From the NCBI GenBank assembly GCA_964016885.1, contig OZ024740.1, forward strand, positions 72,912,001 to 72,976,000: a stretch of 64,000 bases of DNA, read 5' to 3'. The notes below the pieces were generated by a model. It did no database searches. It was given only the letters and a program-made list of their open reading frames with translations, and was not told where the DNA came from. Both the position numbers and the translations under genes were made by a program. The stretch is from Eledone cirrhosa (lineage: Eukaryota). Shown here in pieces: positions 53,213-64,000 of this stretch; the first letter of the stretch is position 1, and each line of letters begins with the position of its first letter.

Positions 53213-55663
53213 CACGAACATATACTCGCAGGTATATATATATTTATGTATGTATGTATGTGTGTATGTATCTATGTATTTATGTATGTATCTATGTATG
53301 TAGACATTATATATATGCACATATATATGTATACATATATATATATGCACATATATATGCCCATATATATATATACGTGTGTGTGTGTGTGTGTGTGTGT
53401 GTATGTACGTATGCTTAAATACACACACACACACATATATATATATATCTATATATATATATATATATATATTAGAAATGTCTTCTTTAGTCTCCAGTTG
53501 TTCAATACCATATAAGTGAAGTATTATAGACGAGAACTGTTTGAAAGCCCGCCATACACACTCACACACACACTCATACACAGACACACGTACACATACA
53601 TTCATATATATATGTACATATATATATATGTATATTATATATACATAATATATATATATATAATATATTTATAATATATATATATATAATATATATATAA
53701 TATTTATATAATATATATATGCCACCAGCATGGCCCCAATCCAAAGACTGAAGTTATAGGAGGATAAATATAATATATATGTATACATTTTATATATGTA
53801 TATATATTTGTGTGTATGTGTGAGTATTATATATATATATAATATATATATATATATATTTGGTCGCATATGTAAAAATGTATATATGATGATTAAAATG
53901 GCTTTCAATCTTCAATTCCGCTTTCTAAGTAGCTTTGAAGGTCATTAGAACGGAGGAGGACGAAAAGTTTTTTTGTTTTTTTTTCAATTTTATTTTACCT
54001 TCAGCAATATACGAGTTCTAGCAAACTTGTACAATGCTTAATGTCCACTGAAAAATGCCGTAACCCTTATAGTTCTTTTCATTGTTATTACCTTTTTATT
54101 TTATTTTAGTTTTATTATTTATATTCCTCTCTGAAGATTTTAACTTGACATTTGGACAAATAAAATATGGTGAATATATTTTTCCCCTTCTCCGGTTTTT
54201 GTTCATTGCTTGACATTTAACGAGTGTCGGTGTTAGTAAGACATGGCGGTTTTCTGCGTTATTATCTCTTATTAACGGCCTATTCAAGTAAACATTGCTG
54301 GACTTCATTCAATAATTTCCTTTGTCCAACATCTATTTTCTGTCCTTTCTGCCATTCTTCTAGTCATAGAATGAAAGAATCAGAAGTCCTGTTTTAAAAG
54401 TTCTCGAAAATTCGATCTTAGAAGAAATATTTAAAAAATGTAATACTTTGGGAAAATATATTTTTCCTTCCATAACTATCTTATGGAATTCAATAAACCG
54501 TTTGAAGAAATATGCCCATTTACACACACCTGATTATACACACATGCGCTTACACACACATCTACCACACACGTTCTTATGCTACCAAATAGCCTCACTT
54601 CCCTTAAATACGCACTCTCCCCATCACCTACACATAACAGTCATCCCACCCATCCGTCCCCATCCACCCCCATACATCCCACACATCCGTCAAGCCACCC
54701 CCACATATCCCACCTGTCCACCTGAACACATTCTGCCACATATATAATGACCTTTCTATGAGCTAGTAAATGGCAGGGACTGAAAATGTGACGGAAATCT
54801 ACAAACAAAAGGCAATGAAGTGGTAAGAAACTCAGGAGAGCTGGACAGCTGAAGGTCTTAAGAGAAGAAACACTCCTCTCGCAAGGGCCGAAACACTTGC
54901 ATGAAAAGTGCTTCGATTGTGAAGATCTTCTGCTATCCAGCTCTAATGAGAATTTCATTGCCTTAATCTGATAAAATTATTATTTTGTTAATTCTTACAA
55001 TTAAATTTATGAAGCATTCTGGGTTTAACCCATTTACATTACTCTATATTTACTATTGTATTGTCATGGTAAAGGCTTTACCTTACATTGTTATCTCACA
55101 TAATATCGAATTCTTTTTTGTTATTATTTATTTTGAGAACAATACCTTAACATCAGTATGAGTGGCGGGTCATGACTGGTTTGAACAAAAAGAGCTGAAA
55201 GAATTCCTGCCGGATACAGCCGGTTTAAATGCTAACAGCTTAATTATGCAACTTTAGATTAATACCAAACCAACCTAAACACCCCTGGCCCTACTATGCA
55301 AAATTGTTTGTTTTCAAGTCTTCATATTTGAATTTAACCCTTTCATCAACATTTTGAGTTAGAAAAGTTTAACTTAAGCTCCAAACGTCAGCTTTATAAT
55401 GAAAGAATTAGTTACGTTAGTAAATTCCTCCAAATCTTTTATTATTTTCAAAATAATTTGAAAAACATAGGTAGTGATTTTCAAAAGATTTGAATATACT
55501 TTAGACTTCTGTGTTTGGCTTGATGAAACTACTTAGGTCTGCTGAAGTTTGACTCATGATTCTGCCGAAATTTCAACAACTATAATTTTCTTTTTGTTAT
55601 TCGTCATATCCTCCATATATGGATTCAAAAACCCTGTAAAAATGAGCATATATACATACGTAC

Positions 55664-55709
<46 letters not shown>

Positions 55710-55716
55710 TGTATAT

Positions 55717-55756
<40 letters not shown>

Positions 55757-55767
55757 GTATGTATATA

Positions 55768-55885
<118 letters not shown>

Positions 55886-56092
55886 ACTACGACTGTTATT
55901 TGCCGTGATACAAAGGGGGAAAATTACACATCAAAGCAACGAACTCCCAAAAATGTAATCCATGAATTGACACCCAACGTTTTCCACTAGAAACGTACCA
56001 CAAAAAGTAAAACCAAGCCCACCTTTCAGAACAATACCAATAACACTCTAAGTACAACTAAACCTACATCAACGGACGTCATCACATCCTAC

Positions 56093-56147
<55 letters not shown>

Positions 56148-56190
56148 CCTCTCTCTCTCTCTCTTTATGTATACACACACACACACAGAT

Positions 56191-56222
<32 letters not shown>

Positions 56223-56676
56223 GATAACATTTTCGCGATTTCAAATCTATTAATTATGTTTACCATAAATAAACTATACGGAAATCATAGATATATACAT
56301 GCATGCATACATACATACACAAATATATATACATACAAATACAAATATATATACATACATATACAAATATATATACATACATACATACATATATATAAAT
56401 ACACACACACACAGATATATATATATATATGCATGAAAGTAATTTGTACCGTGCACCTCCTAGTAAAAATTCCTTTGCAATGCCTTGATCATGGGTGAGA
56501 AGGCTGAAGAAATAATGGTATGTTATACAATTCTATTCTTTTATTTATGGATTAAACATACATTGTTGTTGCTTCTCTTTGATCAATTTATTTAGAACCA
56601 TTTTCAACTTAGCTCTTCTATAATACATACTATATAATTTTAAAACATTATTATTATATATTATATTATATTATAT

Positions 56677-56778
<102 letters not shown>

Positions 56779-57165
56779 CATATACATATACATATATATA
56801 TATACATGTATATATATATATGTATACACCCCCCACCCCACCACATATATATATAGGTTCTTTTTCAGTACATTTGGGTATGAAATTATTTTCTTCTCGT
56901 TGTTTCTTTTTTATTGATGTACATAAATGGTGTCTAAAACACATACATGTACAATTGCGCATACACGTACACACACATGCACATAGACAGGCGCGCACAC
57001 ACACACACCCGCATACAGATACTAGACTAGAGAGTTACATACAGGCACTAGACATATATAGAAATATCTCTGTATCTGTTTATGGACAGAATCAGAGTAT
57101 CATAGAATTAACTAGAAAAAAATTCAAGCGAAAGGAATACACACATACACAAATATATATGTATA

Positions 57166-57252
<87 letters not shown>

Positions 57253-57579
57253 TAGAGATATTTTTTACAGCTGGTTTATGCAGGCCGCCATCTTGATCGC
57301 TAGACTATGTTATGATCAACACAGTAGAGAAACAGGAGGGCTCTCATTATTATTATTATTTTTCTTATTATTATTACCATTGTTGTTCTTGTTTTTTTGT
57401 CCCTTTTTTTCATAAAAGAAACGCAATAGTCCAAATAATATTCTACGTCATTTTACGAGTTTAGACACAAGTCTGGATAATTACATATCATTTTGTTTCA
57501 GAGTGACGGAGCATAAGAGGAAGAGAGCGTATGTGAAAGATAGAGAGGGGTGGAGAGAGAGGGAGAGAGAGAGGGGGAG

Positions 57580-57639
<60 letters not shown>

Positions 57640-57759
57640 AGGGATGGAAAGAGAGAGTGAGAGTTGGAAGGATTGAGAAAGGTAAAAGGAGAGGGAGTCT
57701 GGTTGGTGTGCGCAAGAAAGAGAGAGGATCCGGAGAGAAACAGAGAGAGAGAGATAGAA

Positions 57760-57833
<74 letters not shown>

Positions 57834-58123
57834 AAAGAGAGGGTGAGATGGAGTTAGAGAGAGGGGCGTCATAGATGGTGGGATCGGAGCTGAGAAAAAA
57901 AAAACAAGGATGAGAAGTGTGTATGGTAATGGTGGTGGGGACGAAGTTCAGTGAATTTATCGTAATTCACACATAGCAAAGACGCCATTTCTGTCAATCG
58001 TGAAGAAAATTATAGCTCGCTTCTTCTGTATCGCCTTCAGGAGTGAGTAAATGATGCAAGCGGCCATCAGAGTGTTCTTTTGTTTTCAAGAAAAGATAGT
58101 ATGCTGTATTCTTCTACCCCTTG

Positions 58124-58258
<135 letters not shown>

Positions 58259-58414
58259 AAAGGGGAGAGAATAGGTGAGGAATTGAGGAAAAAAACCTCT
58301 CGCTATATTTTCTATATTTTCCGTACATGGTTTCTTTGTATATATATTTTTTTCGTATCTACTGTTCCCGTCTTTTATTTCTAGTGTAAGTCAAAGTCGT
58401 TTTCGGAGATAATA

Positions 58415-58508
<94 letters not shown>

Positions 58509-58509
58509 G

Positions 58510-58542
<33 letters not shown>

Positions 58543-58567
58543 TTATATATATATATACATATATAAA

Positions 58568-58708
<141 letters not shown>

Positions 58709-58903
58709 AGGTATATAGGTATATATTTATCATCCCACACTCACACAACACAAAAGAAGAAAGCTAAAGAAAGAACTCGTTATTTCCTTCAAGGCATTAT
58801 TGAATATGATTCGTAAAAGATGAAACATAAGAAATGATAACATTGCAGAAAGATGGAGGAAAAAAATAAGGTTGAATGAAGAGGATAAAGAAAGGAAAGA
58901 GAA

Positions 58904-58904
58904 G

Positions 58905-58971
<67 letters not shown>

Positions 58972-58991
58972 AAGAAGAAGTAGTCGTAGTC

Positions 58992-59039
<48 letters not shown>

Positions 59040-59124
59040 ATAGTAGTAGTAGTAATAGTAGTAGTAGTGGTGGTGGAGGTGGTAGAAGAAGAAGAAGAAG
59101 AAGAAGAAGAAGAAGAAGAAGAAG

Positions 59125-59155
<31 letters not shown>

Positions 59156-59558
59156 GTAAGAAACGTTGAGAAAAGAAGTTTGAAAAAAAACGGACGATTA
59201 AAAAAATGGAAGTCGTTAGAAAATGTTGAAAGCGACGAAAATAGAATTTGGGGAAAGTAAGAAATGTAAGATTGTTTCAGAAGGAAAGAAATATAGCAAC
59301 AACAACAACAACAACTACAGCAAGAATAACAATGACAAAGACAATAACGACGACAAAAATAATGGCAACAACAGCAATAGTAGTAACAACAGTGACAACA
59401 ATGAAAGCAGTAACATCAGCAACAGCAATGGCGACAATAACGACAGCAACAATGATGACAGCAACGACAACAACAAAAGCAATGACGACAACAACAACGA
59501 CAACAACAACAACGACGACAGCAACAACAACAACGACAGCAACAACAACAACTACGGC

Positions 59559-59592
<34 letters not shown>
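58904..59592. repeat. Compound trinucleotide tracts (GTA)n, (GAA)n and degenerate (AAC)n
   Basis: Direct inspection. Confidence 0.93.
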
Positions 59593-59726
59593 TCTTCAGG
59601 AAATGTAAGAAATTGGTGGCAGAAAAAGTAGGAAATAGTGAGGTGGAGAAAGAAGAGAAGGAAAAAACATGGAAGTTGTAACTGAATAGTGATATAAAGG
59701 AATAATTAGTTGATATAGAGAGGACA

Positions 59727-60685
59727 TGGTGTTGGTGGTGGTGGTGTGGTGGTGGTGGTGGTGGTAGTAGTTGGTGGTGGTAGTAGTAGTGGTGGTGATG
59801 GTGGTGATGGTGGTGATGGTGGTGGTGGTGTGGTGGTGGTGGTGGTGGTATGGTGGTGGTGGTGTGGTGGTGGTGGTGGTGTGGTGGTGGTGGTGGTGGT
59901 AGTAGTAGTGGTGGTGATGTTGGTGATGGTAGTAGTAGTGGTGGTGATGGTGGTGGTGGTGTGGTGATGGTGGTAGTATGGTGGTGGTGGTGTGGTGGTG
60001 GTGGTGGTAGTAGTGGTGGTGATGTTGGTGATGGTGGTGATGGTGGTGGTGGTGGTGGTTGTGGTGGTGGTGGTGGTGGTGGTAGTAGTAGTGGTGGTGA
60101 TGTTGGTGATGGTAGTAGTAGTGGTGGTGATGGTGGTGGTGGTGTGGTGGTGGTGGTGGTAGTATGGTGGTGGTGGTAGTAGTGGTGGTGATGTTGGTGA
60201 TGGTGGTGATGGTGGTGGTGGTGGTGGTTGTGGTGGTTGTGGTGGTGGTGGTGGTGGTGGCGGTGGTGGTGGTGGTGGTGTGGTGGTGGTGGTGGTAGTA
60301 GTGGTGGTGATGGTGGTGATGGTGGTGGTGGTGGTGTGGTGGTGGTGTGGTGGTGGTGGTGGTGGTGGTAGTGGTAGTGGTGGTGATGGTGGTGATGGTG
60401 GTGATGGTGGTGGTGGTGGTGATGGTGGTGATGGTGGTGGTTGTGGGCGTGGTGGTGGAGGTGGTCGTTGTGGTGATGGTGGTGGTGTGGTGGTGGTGTT
60501 GATGTGGTGGTGGTTGTAGTGGTGGTGGTGGTGGTGTGGTGGTTGTGGTGGTGGTGGTGGTGTGGTGGTGGTGTTGTGGTGGTTGTGGTGGTGGTTGTGG
60601 TGGTTGTAGTGGTGGTGGTGGTGGTGAGGTGGTTGTGGTGGTGGTGGTGGTGGTGGTGGTGTTGCTGGTGGTGGTGGCGGTGGTG
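59727..60685. repeat. ~960-bp degenerate (GGT)n low-complexity tract
   Basis: GGT with GTA/GAT/GTT variants and 1-nt phase shifts; source of poly-T/P/H ORFs. Confidence 0.93.
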
Positions 60686-60689
60686 AATT

Positions 60690-61980
60690 GAAAGAAAGAA
60701 GATTTATGGGGTGGCTTGGAATGTAAGACCACAAAAGACAGCCTGAACGGAGAACAATCATTGTTGCCCGCACTCTGAAGGAAAAACGCATTGACATAGA
60801 TGGTTGATTGGAAACAAGACTTTCAGGCTCTGGTAAACTTAAGGAAATACTCGGTGGTTACACCTTTTGGATTGGCAAACCTAAAACTGAAACTGAGAAT
60901 TTGGTGTCGGCTTTGTCATTAGAACTGGCATTGTACACAATCTTGAATCATTGCCAATGGGCATAAATGAGAGTCTTTTGAATGTACGACTTTCAATTGG
61001 TAAAAGCAAACATGTAACTTTGATTAGCTGCTATGCTCCAACCTTGAACTCCTTTGAGACTATCGAAAATAAGTTTTACTCTGATCTTTGTGAACTTTTA
61101 AATTGTGTTCCAAGACATGACCAGATCATACTCCTGGGTGATTTCAATACTCGCGATGGTGCAGGCCATTTTAACTGGCAAAATTGGCTTGGTAAACATG
61201 GCATAGGTAAAGTCAATTCAAATGGACTTTCTTTGCTCTCCTTGTGCAATGAGTTTGGCTCTGTATGATAAATAACATGTTTCAACAGGCCAATAAATAT
61301 AGAATCACCTTGAGGCACTCTAGAACAGGTCATAGGCATACGCTTGACTATATTATGGTGCGCAGCCATGATAACAATGATGTCACACTAACTCGGGCCT
61401 TTCCCTCGACAGAGTGTTGGTCATACCGTGCTTTAGTACGAAGTTGATGTAAATGGAGCTAAAACCAGCAGTTAAACATAACCAGAACAACCCCCAAATA
61501 AATCACTAAACTGAAAATCTATGCAAGAAGAAGCCTTTTGATTAATGCTTTAAATTGGATCCAGTTGAGACATAAAATGTGAGTCTTCGAAGGAGGTTCT
61601 TGGTTTTTTCTTAATGGAAGAGCCAAGACTAGTTTCATGAAAATGATGAAATCGTAAATGGGGAACTTCAAGAAATGTACTGGCTACACAAGAAATGGAT
61701 AGTGGGCATAAATAATTCTCAAAAGAAAAACATTACAAAGTGGCAAAAACCAAAACTCAAGCAGACCTATGCAAAATGAAGCAAAAATGGTGGAATGAAA
61801 AAGCGAAAACTCTTCAGGATCATTTGACAGGCATGATATGAATTCTTTAGATCGAAATTTAAAGGCAATGTTTGAACAAAGCAGAGATGGATGCTCTCCC
61901 ATCCTATCAATTGATCGCAAGATATAATAAAACGTTGAGAAAAGCACTTTAAATAAGTACTCAAGAAGGAATCAAATGCT
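60690..61980 (+). mobile_element. Decayed RTE LINE, AP-endonuclease and linker
   Basis: WNVR..PERRT, TLISCYAPTL, KFYSDL, IILLGDFN.R.G, GKHGIGKVNSNG, HTLDYIMVR; many stops. Confidence 0.88.
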
Positions 61981-61989
61981 GCAACAAAA

Positions 61990-63340
61990 GTGTGTGTGTG
62001 TCAAAGACGGCGTGTGAGTGTTCAACAGGAGATAAACAAAAAGTAATTTCCAGGCAAGAACCAATTATTGGATTTCAGCAAAGATGTCCTAAAGTTTTTT
62101 CCATTCGGTCAGCACGCATATATGATTTCAGGTCTGTAACATTTTTACAGGGACATTTACATAGACTACATTTCCAGATTTCCAAGTTTACAGGAACGAT
62201 TTGAATCCTGCGATGTCTTAGCTGAAAAGTTGCAATGAAGACATTGATAGTTTGCAGGAACGGGGTGTTTTCAATTTACATACAACTGGTCTTGATGACA
62301 ATTACGTTCTTCTTCTCTACTCCTATTGTTGGCAACATTTTCCCAGCAATTAATATTCATATTCAGACATTTCAAATTGTCCATAAGCTTATCTTTATAG
62401 CGAAGTAGGGGTTGGCCTACTTTTCTACGAGAACCTTTAAGTTGACCAAATAAGACTTGCTTTGGGATTATTTCATCATTCATTCTCAAAACGTGGCCAC
62501 ATCATCGTTTTTGGAAATTGATCAAGAACGTTTCTATTCCAGAAATATTACATTGCGATAGCAATTTGCTATTTTTTACTCTGTCATCCCTTTTTACACC
62601 ACAGATCTACCTTAAACACCTCATATGGAAACTATTCATTTGATTTATGTGTTTGTAATAGGGAGTCCAGGCTTCTGCCCCATAAAAGAGAGTTGTAAGA
62701 ACTACAGCTTTATAGATATCAACTTTTGTTTTAATTGACACATTGTGAGTGTTCCATACTGTACCATAAAGCTTATCAAAAGCTGAACTTGTATTTCCTC
62801 TGCGTATTTTAGTTTCCTTAACTAACTTTGCATTACAAGGTATAGTTGATCCAAGGTATGAAAAACTATTAACTATCTTCAGAGTTTTGCCTTCAACATA
62901 AATCCGTGGTTTCAACATAGACCCGAGTTTTGATATCCTGGCCTTGGTTGAAACATGAGTTCAGACATTTTTATGCTTATTATTAATTCGAAAGTTCTAG
63001 CTGCTGAAGCAAACATAACAACAACGAACTCCATGTCTCCTAGGGAGTGTACAAGTAATGCACAGCCATCTGCAAAGAGAAAATCGCATAACGTTTCATA
63101 CGCTATTCTAGTTCTTGCTTTGAAGCGTTGCTGATTGAAGATGCACCCTGTCATTTAATATTGCAATAAGACACTTTCAGTAACGTCTGAAAAAGCATAT
63201 TGAAGCATTAGGCAAAATGCACTGGGGCCAATACACATCCTTGTTTTGTACTATTTTACATATCAAATGAGTGAGTGTTCACCGTTAGAGTATACAAAGG
63301 CTTCTATGTCTTTACGTAAGAATATAATGACCTTAACACT
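61990..63340 (-). mobile_element. Decayed RTE LINE, RT C-terminal half and 3' region
   Basis: KQGCVLAP, FLFADG (YADD-equivalent), FSYLGS, TKVDIYKAVVLTTLFYGAEAW, FHMRCLR, RM.DE.IPKQVLFGQL. Confidence 0.88.
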
Positions 63341-63782
63341 TCCTCGTGTCAGTAATCAACATAAACTATAATGTTCTCTTATGCAAACCATTAATTTATC
63401 AAAACACAAAATTTCCAGTTTGTATGATTGTTCATATATTTAGTAATCATGGTATATATGGCAAACCTATCCTGGATTCTAAAAATGAAATACGTTCAAC
63501 ATATTGCCGTTATTATAGACAACGCGGGTTCATTCGTAAAAAAAAAACAGCACCGGAAAGTAACGGAAAGAACCGAAAATACTGAGAATTCTCTGACGAT
63601 CTCTTTGATTGCAAAAGAAAAAAAAAAGGAAAAAATAGCTGGTTCTAAAAATCGATGTTATCGTAAACCATAATAATATTTATTTATTTATTCATTTATT
63701 TTCTGACTGTAACTTTCTATGTAACGCAAGAAGTTATTACAGTCCACATAGCTCAGTGGTACCTATTGTATTTATGGTACAA

Positions 63783-64000
63783 TCTAAACTATAATAAAAT
63801 AAGAAGCGCGGGACTGCATACGGTTTATAATTTTTTATCCCATTAATAAAATAAGTTGGATTACTTTGAATAAATAATGAATGAACATTACATAATTTAT
63901 CTACTAAATTTCGTGGCTGTTCATTAAATATATTTTATTATTTATTTAAAGATTCACTTCTTTAAAATTTTCAAATGTCAACACTTCCAGTGGCGATCGC
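63783..64000 (+). mobile_element. 5' part of a Helitron-like element running off the window end
   Basis: A-TCTAAACTATAATAAA start; homologous to 46377-46590. Confidence 0.55.

Noticed and set aside
54849-54902. ctgaaggtctt..aagggccGAAACacttgc as a hammerhead
   Set aside because: Core reads CTGAAGG rather than CTGANGA, with no valid cleavage triplet or stem I; possibly a relic but not supportable
57283-57296. YY1-like motif GCCGCCATCTTG as a promoter element
   Set aside because: A single short motif with no gene context or conservation data
59223-60797. Long Asn-, Thr-, His- or Pro-rich ORFs (up to 378 aa)
   Set aside because: Trinucleotide repeats are open in several frames on both strands with random phase shifts

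Overview
Eukaryotic, AT-rich, microsatellite-saturated non-genic DNA. The SINE families and (TA)n/(CA)n/(TACA)n density suggest an Octopus-like cephalopod genome (inference). I cannot support any intact host gene; almost all listed ORFs are translations of microsatellites. Contents: (1) a decayed Penelope-like element (PLE; RT-thumb and GIY-YIG on the - strand, inverted RT piece on +) whose 3' region holds a type I hammerhead ribozyme fold with a 103-nt stem II insert, plus several half or decayed hammerheads in tiny (TA)n-embedded inserts; (2) R4/Dong-like RT-RLE retrotransposon copies sitting in (TACA)n and sharing the same disabling lesions; (3) RTE LINE fragments and an internally deleted RTE derivative; (4) non-autonomous Helitrons keeping only the PIF1 helicase C-terminus; (5) hAT-like MITEs and tRNA-derived SINEs; (6) a 13.7-kb array of about 231 copies of a 59-bp satellite with nested higher-order structure (3 x 44-mer of 2595 bp, an older 31-mer, a 22-mer). 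The ribozyme set and the satellite higher-order repeat are the most notable signals. Neither is proven novel. All calls were made by eye, with no database searches.
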